Below the pieces are notes generated by a model that saw only the letters and a list, made by a program, of their open reading frames with translations, was not told the DNA's origin and made no database searches. Below, piece by piece: positions 23,291-33,851 of a stretch of DNA of 64,000 bases. This stretch comes from Minutocellus sp. GHC0000111. Lineage: Eukaryota. The stretch covers positions 744,001 through 808,000 of the forward strand of contig OZ361261.1 of assembly GCA_977018835.1 (NCBI GenBank). The letters run 5' to 3'. A program made the translations under genes and the position numbers. Each line of letters begins with the position of its first letter. The first letter of the stretch is position 1.

Positions 23291-26200
23291 ATGGCCGACC
23301 GGTGGGCCGCCTCCCAGGACGGTGACGACCTTTGGGCCGACTCCCCGTCACCCATCGCTCGGGCCAAAAGCAAGCGCGGCAGCCGGCGGCGCCGAAGGGC
23401 CGATCGAGAATCCTCATTGCCGTCCGACACAATCACACGAAAATCAGCAATAAGTGCCAATGATGATGCTGCTGCTGTTGATGATGATTCAGGAGGGGGG
23501 GCAGATGGGAAGAATCATCCGTCGGCAGAGGATACTACTGTTGCCACTCCTTCACCATCGTCATCGAGTGTCAGGCGGAGAGGAAAAGACGGCTCGCCTC
23601 GCGGCGGTAGGAGCGGCAAGACCAAGGAGAATGAGACTCCGTCGAAACTGAACGCGGCTGATGACGAAGAAGAGGCAAGTGCAGCAGCATATGTCGACTC
23701 AGCAGCCAAAGCCGCCAACTATAGGGGCAATTCCAGCAGCAGCGACAACGACGACGATGATGATGAAGAAGAAGAGTCGTCTCTGGAATATGTCCCCATC
23801 CGTCGCATCATCAACCGGGAGGATGAAGAGGCGAAGAAGAAGGGCACATTATCGTCTGGTTCAAGGAGCAATACCGGTACTCGTAGTAGTAGTAGTGGCA
23901 AGGGAAGCGCCGCCAAGAAGAAGAACAGGCAAAGGTCGGAAACGACAACAGTAGCGACAACCCCTCGCAACAATGCCAACGGCAGAAACAAAGGTAAATC
24001 CCGTGGAATCGACCCGTCCAAGTTCCACCGAAGCGTTTTGGGAGATGAACAGGGTGTTGAATGCGAGGATGACGAAGAAGATGATGACAATAATGTTGTG
24101 AGGACCAATGACGACGCTGGCAAGACAACCGCAGCAGAAGCAGCCGCGACCTCGAGCGGCATCTCCAGCCTCCGGAACAGGCCACCCCTCATTCCCTCGG
24201 CGACCGCACCAACAACGACCAGGCCCATCGGCTCGCCCCCACCGACGTCGCTATCTCGCCTCCGACAGATCCTGTCGGAGGCCCAAATGCGCATCGTGCA
24301 GAACAAACGGAGGGAGATCACCACCCAGATCAAGATCCGTCGCGCTGCCTTCCGCGACGTGACGGAATTGAGGACGTGGCCGCTGCAGGAGCTGGCGTTA
24401 GAAGATCTAGATCGGCTGATGGAGGTCCATCTTGGTGGTAGTGGTAGTGGTGAAGATGGAGGAGGCCAGGCGACGATGAAGTTGGACCAAGCCAACAGCT
24501 GCGGCGGCGATGTGTTGTGCAGCGGCTTTGCCTCGGACTCTTCCGGAATATCTACCAGTTCCATCGACGAACCCAAGCGTGCCTGTCGCAGGTCTGGTAG
24601 CGGCAGCACTGCTGGAGTTGGGCGGAATGCCGGAGGGAGACCTTCACTCGATCCCGGTGAAGATCTGTCCCCGGGCAAGGTTACACTCCGGGCTCGATAT
24701 GCGGAGGAATTTCGCTTCGAGAGGTCATTACGCAGAGGTGGCGAAGGTGAGACAAACGCTACACAAGGTGAAAAGCAACAAAAGGAGGAGGAAGTTGAGG
24801 CTGTCGATGTGGGCGTCTATAAAGCCAATACTGATGTCTGGCAGCCCAGGAGGAATGATCCTGATCTCACGCCGGACTCCATTTCCAGCACAAGTACCAG
24901 CGATGAGGCCGCCGAGGAATCTTCCTCTGCCCCACAACCGGAAGACTTTCTCCCAGCCCTGTGGTGCATGGAACCTCGAATCTTTGCCGTGGAAAAGTCC
25001 GCGGCTGGCAAGCGACGGTACCTTGTAGGCCATCTTGGTCGCTTCCTCGATCTGTATTGGCGCAAATCGGATTCTAATCGAAGGCATTTCTACGAGCTCA
25101 TCAGGGAGGGGACGCCGTGCCGACTGTATCTCGATTTGGAATTCACCAGAGTCGCAAACCCTGAAATCAACGATGATATCGCCGAACAACTCGTGACGGA
25201 ACTGATCCAGGAATTGAGTTCGAGCTTAAAACAAGTGTATAACTTTGACGTCGACCGGTCGGCCTTTGTCGATTTGGACTCGTCCACACCCAAAAAATTC
25301 TCCCGACATCTTATCGTTCATTTACCACACGGAAGTCTATTTGTGGATGCTCCGGCCGTCGGGTCCTTCATACGATATGTCGTGGGTCGATTAGCCGAAG
25401 AAATTGCAACCGGAGAGTTGCAGCGCCACCGACCGATTCTCGCCAAGCACCTTTTTGTCCATACTAAGGAAAGAGATGCTGGCGAGACGTCAGAGGCTAC
25501 ATCACAAGTCGGCTTTGCTGATGATACCACATGCTTTATTGATATTGGGGTTTACACTCGTAATCGCCTTTTCCGTCTTTTGGGCTCTGCCAAATACGGC
25601 AAGCCATCGTCGGCAGCCCTCAGGATTGCAATGGCTAATGCATTTCCTTTCCCCAAGGCGTTTACAAACGATCGTTTTTATGTTCCGGATCAAGAAAATT
25701 CCGCGGGAGATTCCAACAATGGTAATGCTGGCAGCTCACCGCCCAACGCATCCCCTCCTGACCTTGACTTTGAGTACGACGATGAAGTTGACATGAACGA
25801 TCCGGATATTGCACATTTTTTCTCTTCAATGGATTGGTCGGCACATGCTGATGCTTTGGCCTTGACCCTCGTTGTTCCACCGAACTACAGTAAAATCAAT
25901 TACCCCCTACTCCGGGCAGTCGAAGAGGCACCCGATGTATCGCGGACGGGGAGGGTTGTTGCGTCCAACAGCCATGGGTCGATGAATGGCGGCCGTCGGA
26001 CCGCTCGATCTTTTCCAAAATCTTCCGTCGGCGCCTCTCCCTTTCTGGCACTTGACGACTTCGTATCAAACGTGCTGGGCTCTCGGGGAGGAGCTTATGG
26101 GTCGATTAGGGCTTGGTCATTGGATGATTCTCAGCCCAAATCTATCGTACCAAGCTACATCACCTATCACATGAAGGACAATCGCTTTTGCGAGCGGATT

Positions 26201-26662
26201 GGGCGTCAGCATAAGAGTAACAACGTGATGTGGACCGTCGACCTACGCTTCATGACATGTCAACAAACATGCCATGATCCCGAGTGTCGTGCCATGGGAT
26301 TCCGAGGAGAACCGGTGGATCTACCACAGAATGTTCAAGAACAAGTGCGGGAGAGATTGTTCGACTATGAACTTGCAGCGCTCGACGAACACGCCATACT
26401 AGAGCAGGCAAAGAATGAGGTGCCTCCAACTACTGCTACCAACACCAACATTGGTGAAGAAATCAGCGATTCGTTCGAAAAGGCTCTGCTTAATCTTGAT
26501 ATTTCTGGCGATGAAAAGGAAATCAACGAAAGGGTGGACCATGTCGGTGGTGTTACAATAGCAAATGGGGCGCAAGGCCCAACTGCTGTCGGGGAAGACC
26601 AAGATGATTTCGACTCGGCCTTGAATGCCGCTCTTATGCTGAATCCTGAGCTCTTTCCGTGA
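23291..26662 (+). CDS. PRIMPOL: DNA-directed primase/polymerase with long disordered N-terminus
   Basis: AEP motifs HFYELI...CRLYLDLEF, KFSRHL, FIDIGVYTRNRLFRL; UL52-like Zn finger NRFCERIGRQHKSN...CHDPEC. Confidence 0.9.
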   Translation: MADRWAASQDGDDLWADSPSPIARAKSKRGSRRRRRADRESSLPSDTITRKSAISANDDAAAVDDDSGGGADGKNHPSAEDTTVATPSPSSSSVRRRGKDGSPRGGRSGKTKENETPSKLNAADDEEEASAAAYVDSAAKAANYRGNSSSSDNDDDDDEEEESSLEYVPIRRIINREDEEAKKKGTLSSGSRSNTGTRSSSSGKGSAAKKKNRQRSETTTVATTPRNNANGRNKGKSRGIDPSKFHRSVLGDEQGVECEDDEEDDDNNVVRTNDDAGKTTAAEAAATSSGISSLRNRPPLIPSATAPTTTRPIGSPPPTSLSRLRQILSEAQMRIVQNKRREITTQIKIRRAAFRDVTELRTWPLQELALEDLDRLMEVHLGGSGSGEDGGGQATMKLDQANSCGGDVLCSGFASDSSGISTSSIDEPKRACRRSGSGSTAGVGRNAGGRPSLDPGEDLSPGKVTLRARYAEEFRFERSLRRGGEGETNATQGEKQQKEEEVEAVDVGVYKANTDVWQPRRNDPDLTPDSISSTSTSDEAAEESSSAPQPEDFLPALWCMEPRIFAVEKSAAGKRRYLVGHLGRFLDLYWRKSDSNRRHFYELIREGTPCRLYLDLEFTRVANPEINDDIAEQLVTELIQELSSSLKQVYNFDVDRSAFVDLDSSTPKKFSRHLIVHLPHGSLFVDAPAVGSFIRYVVGRLAEEIATGELQRHRPILAKHLFVHTKERDAGETSEATSQVGFADDTTCFIDIGVYTRNRLFRLLGSAKYGKPSSAALRIAMANAFPFPKAFTNDRFYVPDQENSAGDSNNGNAGSSPPNASPPDLDFEYDDEVDMNDPDIAHFFSSMDWSAHADALALTLVVPPNYSKINYPLLRAVEEAPDVSRTGRVVASNSHGSMNGGRRTARSFPKSSVGASPFLALDDFVSNVLGSRGGAYGSIRAWSLDDSQPKSIVPSYITYHMKDNRFCERIGRQHKSNNVMWTVDLRFMTCQQTCHDPECRAMGFRGEPVDLPQNVQEQVRERLFDYELAALDEHAILEQAKNEVPPTTATNTNIGEEISDSFEKALLNLDISGDEKEINERVDHVGGVTIANGAQGPTAVGEDQDDFDSALNAALMLNPELFP

Positions 26663-26973
26663 AAAGATGACACCGTCTACTTGACGTATTTCCTAGCGAG
26701 AGACTAGTATTGGCGTCGGCGTGATTGTATACGCTTATAGTAGCGCGTTGCTTCAATCTTCTAATTGCAATCATACTGCACGTATGTGTACAAGTAGCTA
26801 CGTACCCCTTAAAGCTTATATCTAGCTAGCTAGCTACGTAGCTAGAACCGCGCGCCGGGACATGCTAAAAGTGTGTTGTTGCACGATAAGATTGAAACAA
26901 AATGTACATTGCAGCCGATTTGATTGATATGCAATAACTCATTATTGCGGCTATGAGGCCTAAAATAATAAAG

Positions 26974-27516
26974 TCAGCCAGAAGAAGGCCGAAGGAACTG
27001 ATCTGTGAGGGAAAGCACACTCTTGGCTGGCTCTTGGGAGCTCTTGCGGTGCATCTGGTGAACGAATTCGGAATCTATCGACCCGCACACTATTGCGTCG
27101 ATTCTTGCCTCTTCTGTGTACCTCTCCGAGATAGCACGGAGCCGCTCCGGATCGTGTTGATGTTTTTGGGTGCGTTGTTCTTCAAGGACGGCGCGAATGG
27201 ACCTTTCCCTGCGCTGCTGAAGGTGCTGGCTGATGGCTTTGCTCCGGAAGTGCTCCAAGCCACGGGCGCAGCAGTGATCAGAGGCCCTGGTTGACGCATT
27301 TTGAAGACGCATGGCTCGAATGGAATCCACAACATCGGCCTGGGATGCTGCTTTATCATCGTCAATTTGCCATGTTGCCTCGATGTCTCTGAGTGACAAA
27401 TCAGCAAGCGAAGGTGTGGCGAGTGCCCTCACATTGTTTTGGAATTTAACACGTTTTTCTGTAGCAGAGACAGGACTAACTGTGTTGCACTTGTCTTCAA
27501 TCCTTTGAGGATCCAT
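26974..27516 (-). CDS. Hypothetical protein
   Basis: ATG 27516 with 180 open codons; KRVKF...W...CARGLEH...SIRAVLEEQ pattern recalled from diatom hypothetical proteins. Confidence 0.6.
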   Translation of the reverse strand: MDPQRIEDKCNTVSPVSATEKRVKFQNNVRALATPSLADLSLRDIEATWQIDDDKAASQADVVDSIRAMRLQNASTRASDHCCARGLEHFRSKAISQHLQQRRERSIRAVLEEQRTQKHQHDPERLRAISERYTEEARIDAIVCGSIDSEFVHQMHRKSSQEPAKSVLSLTDQFLRPSSG

Positions 27517-28375
27517 CGTTGTTTGGTTGATTGGGGTGCAGAGAGATAGTCGAGTATGATTGCAGGTAAACGCTGATTGTAACAGATAAACGTCTTGGGT
27601 GCATGTTTGCGTTGCTTCTGCCTTCCTCAACGAAAGTTCTGGTATCACAGCACGAGGCGCGCAGTGGCGGCCTGTCTGTGCCGTTGTTCATGCTACGTAG
27701 CTACTCTCTAGCTAGCTAGCTAGCTAGCTAGTAGCTAGTAGTAGGCCTCATATTTTGCAGATCTGATCGTAAATGCGACAAGATGCCTGTACAACAGCTG
27801 CTGCGCAGAAAGCGCGAGTGTTCGGAACTGTCGGCTTTCCTGTGCGTGTGTGGTGCGGGGAAAGGCTTTTCCCTCCTTTGGCAAGTCCTCACTTACATGT
27901 TGTATAAAGTTCTTAGGAGCTCGTAAAAATTAATGTTTGGAAAGTATTAGAAATACGAGGTCTAAGTAGTCTTAAAATATGGAATAGATTTTTGACTTAT
28001 ATGCCCTTCGGGGGCCGATGTGTCGAAATTCAACCTCAGAAATACCACACAAAAAAGCGGGAAGTGTGAAGCCTGACGTTCGCACTGTAGTCTAGTAGAG
28101 GCCGAGTTGCAGTTGCAGTGTGCTAACACGAACTCGTTCGAACTTCGAAAGCCCCCCTCCTGCCGCTCGGACGCGCTGTGTGGCACGGCATTCACATCGC
28201 ACATAATCATCACCAAACCAGCATAACCAAGAACAAGACAAGAGAGCAACTCCACCATGATTGACAACAACAGCGGCGCCTCCACCGTCGCCGCGAATAA
28301 ATCGGCCATGAAAAGTCCCAATCATGACGGCCAAGACTACTCACAAGACGATACTCGCGCTCTTCTTCATATGCC

Positions 28376-29257
28376 TTGCAAAGCGAGCTGCGCGCCGGAG
28401 GAGCCGTCGGACCCTCTGGCATCCACATGATGAGCCACAAGTTTCTCCGAGAGAGACGTGCAAATACCGTCAACGATGGAGACCAAGACCAAAACGAACA
28501 CCACCCGAGCGAAAATTTCAACAAGCAGCCTTCAACCTTGGTTGACTTTATCTTCCCACCGAGGGCAAAGGGCATGCTCACTCGGGCCGCATCGGCAGGC
28601 ACCGGTGGGGCATGCAACAGCAAGAAGCAAGAGGTCTATAGCAGGCCTACAAGACAAAATCGAAATCAGCCCCACCCAAGATCCTCGTCTTCGTTGGTAC
28701 CATCTTCATCTCCGTTTATGGCATCGCTCAGTACCTTATTGGGTGAGGAGATCACTGATGTAAGCGCTAGCGAGTCAGCATCTTCGCAACAAGCACGAAG
28801 CACTGAGAGCATCAAGAAAGATCACGATGAGAACCTCGCAGCTGCGCGCGAGTGCGCTGCCACCATGCGCAGGCTATCCACCCTCAACACCGACGACATC
28901 AAGCCACGCAGGAAGCCGAGACGAAGTAATACTAGTAGCAGTGACTCGTCGACGCAGCGCAGTCGCAGTCGCAGCAGCTCTTTTGGCAACCTCGCTCATG
29001 CCTTCGTCGACACCATCGAAGCCGCTCTCAACGACCTTTCCGAGGAAGCGACCGGCAGCAATGATTGCAGCACCGAGTTTATTACCAGCGAGCTTAGTGC
29101 CACAAGCAACACTCACCGAGAAGAACACATTGTTCAGACAGAGCTACAAGATCTTCGAAACAGCAGAGATGGCGACAGCCTCACCAATAATGGCGTTGGT
29201 TCCCCCAACACAAGGAGGAGCAGAAGCCCATCAACTGTGGCAGCTCGAGGAGCATAG
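28376..29257 (+). CDS. Hypothetical Ser-rich low-complexity protein
   Basis: 293-codon ORF with first ATGs near 28427-28430; no recognisable domain. Confidence 0.5.
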   Translation: MQSELRAGGAVGPSGIHMMSHKFLRERRANTVNDGDQDQNEHHPSENFNKQPSTLVDFIFPPRAKGMLTRAASAGTGGACNSKKQEVYSRPTRQNRNQPHPRSSSSLVPSSSPFMASLSTLLGEEITDVSASESASSQQARSTESIKKDHDENLAAARECAATMRRLSTLNTDDIKPRRKPRRSNTSSSDSSTQRSRSRSSSFGNLAHAFVDTIEAALNDLSEEATGSNDCSTEFITSELSATSNTHREEHIVQTELQDLRNSRDGDSLTNNGVGSPNTRRSRSPSTVAARGA

Positions 29258-30007
29258 AATATGTCACATCGAAATGTTACCGTAAGAAAACCTTTGGGAT
29301 CCCTAGATCTCCCTATGCCTAGGTAAGCATGCTGGCCGGTAGAGTAGCTGCTCTACGTGTAGAGATCTAGATCAGCTAGGCAGGCATGCACACACACAGA
29401 GTTTAGCTGTTGCGCATGCAGATGCATGAAATAGAATCTACTACGTAAACATTTATCGAATTGTTATCTTGAACATATAGGAGCAATAGATTTACTACAT
29501 GTACCGGTGCAGACAGCACCGTCCATCTTCACCACATGTTTGTTTTCGATCACCTACCTTTGGCCTGAGCATTCAAATAAAAATCAGAATTGACCCAAAG
29601 CTCCATTCTTGAACAAGCCAGAACGATCACCGCATCCCTCAAATCTAGCCACTGTTGCAGCTAGTACAATCGAAGGATTGCCATGTATTGTAGGCAGGGG
29701 GCACTCGGATCACAATCGACAGTCAGTCAAGTGGTCAGGCAGGAGGCAGAGCAGTCAAAGTGCAGGGCTCCATCCACGCGCAAGCAAAAAAGAGGCGAGA
29801 TATTTTGATAAAAAGGAGGATCAGATACAAAAGAGGAAGAGAAGAAGAAAAAGATACGGGCATGCGTGAACGGAGAGCGAGTACCGAGAGCTGCTGGCAG
29901 TGTGGTACTGGGCCACCATCGACCAAACGAGGGGGCTCGTGACAAAGCGTCACTCTCTGTTCTGTTTGTGTTCGGGCGCTGTCAATGCGGCAGTAGTTCT
30001 CTCCGTA

Positions 30008-31636
30008 ATGTCGTCGCGTCGAGTTGACTCTCGCTTCTTGCCTGCATCTGGTGCTACAGCCGCCACCGAGCTACCACCTACGCTGCGCAAAGATGCAGTT
30101 GCAATCGACGACCTAGAAGCACCAAAGTTCGATGAACGCGCGAGCGACGAAGAGGACCCAGTTTTTGAAGCTCTGTATGATCTCACGGACGAGCGGCTTT
30201 CCGTCCTATTTTCGTCATTTGACACCGACGCCGACGGGCGTATTGATTACGAAAGCTTGAAGCGTGGTTTGAGCGAATGGCAGGATCAGGCGGGTGTCAA
30301 AACTTCGGCGCTGGAAGAGGAGGCCTTTGCCGCGTTCGTTTCGACGCTCGACGATGACTCGTCTGAAGATCTTTCGTACGAAGAATTTTTTGAGGCATTT
30401 CGGCTGATCATGCTTCGCACACTGATTTCACACCAGGACAACACCGAAGCCGATGGATCTCCACTGGAAATCATTGAGTATGATTCTACTCGGATTGAGC
30501 GGACAAGAGTTGGGGGTAGCAACGATCAAAGAATGAATGGTCACTCGACAGTTAGCAACTTTTTCTTCAAAAGACGGCCAAATTGGGTCAAGACACGCTG
30601 GATTGACATAGTTACAGATCGTTCTGAGTGTTCAACCGAAGCGATCAACCTCACAATGAAGAGAATTGCTGTCAAGTATCTCCTCCATCCACTGGCGTTG
30701 GAAGATGTGCTGGAGACGAGTGCGCACCGACCAAAGGTCGAAGTGTTTTCAAGCCACTACTTCTTGATTATACCTGTCTTTACGATCGTCGATACACCAA
30801 TATCCAAGCCGATCGGGCTGGCCCAAGATAAAACCAGAAGTTCATGCTTTTCGTGCTGGTTGAATCGTCAGGATAACAAACGGTCGAAGTCGAGGTCTCA
30901 ACCTGTCAGGGTTGAGATACAAATGGTTTCAGTCTTTGTCAATATTCCCCGAAACGATACCTTGATAACCTTTGCACCATCCGGCAGTAGTACTTCTAGC
31001 TCTCATCTGTGGCGACGTGTCAGGAAAGAATTGGAGAAGCCCTATTCCAAACTGAGGCAGTTCGATGCGCAGTACCTCACATATGCTTTGTTGGATCAAT
31101 CTGTGGATTTATTGGTGCCAGTGGTCAAGGCGATGCGCCGCGAAATAAACGATGAACACCAATATCTTCGCAGCACAGAGTATTCACACGGACTACGTCG
31201 CATCCACGAAATCAAATCAAACTTGGAGAGTGTAAACAGAACCATCAAGCCCTTTATGAGAGTGCTCACCCACTCAATCGAAGATGAGGCAATCTGTCCT
31301 GGAGTTACCTTCTACCTTCGCGATGCCCTCGACAATTTGGAGAACATCGATGACGAACTCCGCCAACTCGTGGAGTTGTGCCAGGCGATTGATTTGGATG
31401 CCGACAAGTATCATGACCGGCAGATGAACCGGACTTTGTATATTTTGACAGTAGTGAGCGCCATCTCTCTCCCGGCCCAATTTTTGACTGGAGTTTGGGG
31501 AATGAACTTTATACAAATGAATGAATTGCAGCAGTCTTGGGGATACGAAATGTTCTGGATCTTGGTATCGGTGATGACCATATCTCTTTTGATTTTTTTT
31601 TGTGCTTACGGAAGACTGCGGACGGTGGAGGACTAA
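30008..31636 (+). CDS. corA: CorA-family Mg2+ transporter with an N-terminal EF-hand pair
   Basis: LHPLALEDV, RPKVE, YALLDQSVD, MNRTLYILT and the GVWGMNF signature with two C-terminal TMs. EF-hand-like loops DTDADGRIDYES and DDDSSEDLSYEE. Confidence 0.88.
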   Translation: MSSRRVDSRFLPASGATAATELPPTLRKDAVAIDDLEAPKFDERASDEEDPVFEALYDLTDERLSVLFSSFDTDADGRIDYESLKRGLSEWQDQAGVKTSALEEEAFAAFVSTLDDDSSEDLSYEEFFEAFRLIMLRTLISHQDNTEADGSPLEIIEYDSTRIERTRVGGSNDQRMNGHSTVSNFFFKRRPNWVKTRWIDIVTDRSECSTEAINLTMKRIAVKYLLHPLALEDVLETSAHRPKVEVFSSHYFLIIPVFTIVDTPISKPIGLAQDKTRSSCFSCWLNRQDNKRSKSRSQPVRVEIQMVSVFVNIPRNDTLITFAPSGSSTSSSHLWRRVRKELEKPYSKLRQFDAQYLTYALLDQSVDLLVPVVKAMRREINDEHQYLRSTEYSHGLRRIHEIKSNLESVNRTIKPFMRVLTHSIEDEAICPGVTFYLRDALDNLENIDDELRQLVELCQAIDLDADKYHDRQMNRTLYILTVVSAISLPAQFLTGVWGMNFIQMNELQQSWGYEMFWILVSVMTISLLIFFCAYGRLRTVED

Positions 31637-31681
31637 GCCTTGGCGATGTATGAGGCAATGTTACTGTTGTGCGATGTTCGG

Positions 31682-31792
31682 TCCTAGATCGTAGTATCGG
31701 TGGTGTCCATATCCCTTTTGATTTTGTTTTGTGCTTACGGACGACTGCGGGCGGTTGAGGATTTGTCCTGGCGACGCATGGGACAGCGATAA
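31682..31792 (+). pseudogene. Diverged tandem copy of the corA 3' end (last TM)
   Basis: Copy offset 129 nt from 31553-31660; reads IVVSVVSISLLILFCAYGRLRAVED versus ILVSVMTISLLIFFCAYGRLRTVED. Confidence 0.8.
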
Positions 31793-32308
31793 CAGCGTGA
31801 AATAATCTACACGGAGCGAGCTACATAGTCAAAGCTGTGAGTAATGTGTGCTTTTAAAAGTAAGTATAAATTCTACGCAATTGGATTCAATTGATGGTAC
31901 ATTTCCTTTTGCTATGCTACTGGGATGGGATATGTTTGAGTATGCGTTTTACGCGCGTGCGATGCGTGCGGGTTGATCTAAAATGATTCTTTGCAGTAGT
32001 GTGTGTTGTTGGTGCGATAATATAATGTAATGGGATTAGTAGTGAAGTGAATAGCATATCTTCAGGCTTGGGACAGAAGACCGGGTAGGTTGGTGTCTGT
32101 CTGGTAGTATACAGGGCGGATCTTTTCGGGACTATTATTAATCGTTCGAAAGATCTCGGAGGTTGATGATGAGGGCGCTGGTGCATGTTATGATGCAAGG
32201 CCGTCGTCGCTACTTGGTTAGCTAGCGTGGGTTCAGGGGGGTTGATAAGTCGCATTCTAGCTCACCCCAGAGCTTGGGAGTGGTTCCTCCGGCTGGACTT
32301 CATGCCAC

Positions 32309-32851
32309 TTAGGCGATGTCCCTCATCGCTTCGGTGAGCTTGGGCAGGATGCAGGGATCCGAAAGCATCGGGAGGCATGCCATGGGACCGTTGTTGCGGT
32401 ACGTGTCGAGGAAGCTCTCGAGCGGTGCCGAGCGGGAGTTGGCCGTCATCTCGTCCATCCGTTGGACGATTTCCGGCGACAGAAGGCCATGGGCGGTGGG
32501 GAAGCAGGGGAGGGTGTCCGACGCGGCCAGGACGGAGTTGGACATCTTCGGTCGGATGAACTTGCGGCCGGTGTGGGCCGCAGGTGCCTTGAGGATGCGC
32601 TGGCTGACCATGGGGGCTGTTTGGGTGCTGGTTTCCGGTGGCAGGTACATGTTGAGACAGCCCGATCCGGTTCGTTTTCTTCTTGTGACCGATGAGGAGG
32701 AAGTGGCTGCTCTCGTTGCAAGATCTGTCGCTCCCAAAGAACGTTGGGAGTGGATGGCTTTTCTTTGCACAAAGGAGAACCCCTCCGCGGATCCGTCGAG
32801 AGCCGCAAGCGCCAGAAGCACAGCGAAGCAAGATAGCCGGGACGGAGCCAT
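32309..32851 (-). CDS. Hypothetical protein with signal peptide (AEG-F; possibly plastid-targeted)
   Basis: MAPSRLSCFAVLLALAALDGSAEG-FSF; ordered C-terminus LAASDTLPCFPTAHGLLSPE...LPKLTEAMR; GC-ending codons. Confidence 0.65.
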   Translation of the reverse strand: MAPSRLSCFAVLLALAALDGSAEGFSFVQRKAIHSQRSLGATDLATRAATSSSSVTRRKRTGSGCLNMYLPPETSTQTAPMVSQRILKAPAAHTGRKFIRPKMSNSVLAASDTLPCFPTAHGLLSPEIVQRMDEMTANSRSAPLESFLDTYRNNGPMACLPMLSDPCILPKLTEAMRDIA

Positions 32852-33851
32852 GGTCGATATTGTGGATCAGCTGTGTATGCTGCTAACGATTAGATATCGA
32901 TCGGATGTCTCTGGGATCAGAGAAGAGTGATGGGTTGTGGTCGAAAAGCGTTCTGAGCTGGTGGCTGTGGCTGGTGCGCCTTTTGATGAAATTTCACTGA
33001 CGTTCGACGTTCTTCGAGCAGTTTTTCCCTTATTAAAATGCTTTCGGAATGACGCAACAGAAACGAAATGAAACGAGATGGAGATGTCAACACCTCCGGG
33101 TCTTTTGATGCGAGGCAATGAAAATCAGGGAAAGGTTGCCCGCCTCAAGGTGGGAGAGAATGGGTGAATATGGCGGGATATCGGCCAATATGCGCGTGCG
33201 ATAGTTGGTACGTAGGTGGGGATACCGTGCGGGCGATTCGTTCGATGGGAAAGAACCCGCACCAAAAATGTGCACAAGATGTAGTTCTACTCCGCGGACA
33301 AAATGAATGTGCCGCAAAGAAAAACGAGAAGGGGCCTTGTTCGCCGATCAACGAATGAAGGGGCGCTGCTGTTCCACCAGGAGGGTTGGCGGAGACAATG
33401 CGATGAAAATTCGTTGACGAATTGATCACCGAAACGAGCGGCCAAAGGAGGAGAGGAAGATGCGAGAGATCCACCACAAGCGAGCGAGAAACAACGCATC
33501 AAACTCTGAGATGGATTTTTGAGCGAGAGGTGCTGGTTGGTCCCGATTACGTCTTTCCGTCGCAATTGATAAGTTTCCATAAATTTCAAAAATAGTCTTT
33601 CTTGGATTTTAATCACATATTATCGAGCCACCACACGATGAGCCAGGGCAGCAGCAGCAGGCATGGCATGCCACGCGGTGTGACGACGGCGCAAGCAAGG
33701 GTCGACGGCGTCGGCACAACCAGAATCAAAGTGCAGGCAGCAGATCATTACACCGCAAACAACCAAACCCAGCACGCTCAAACCCAAGCTTTGCCATTCA
33801 TTTCGTGAGGATTATCTGACGTCCCGTATCTTTTTGGGGCACAACGCGAAA

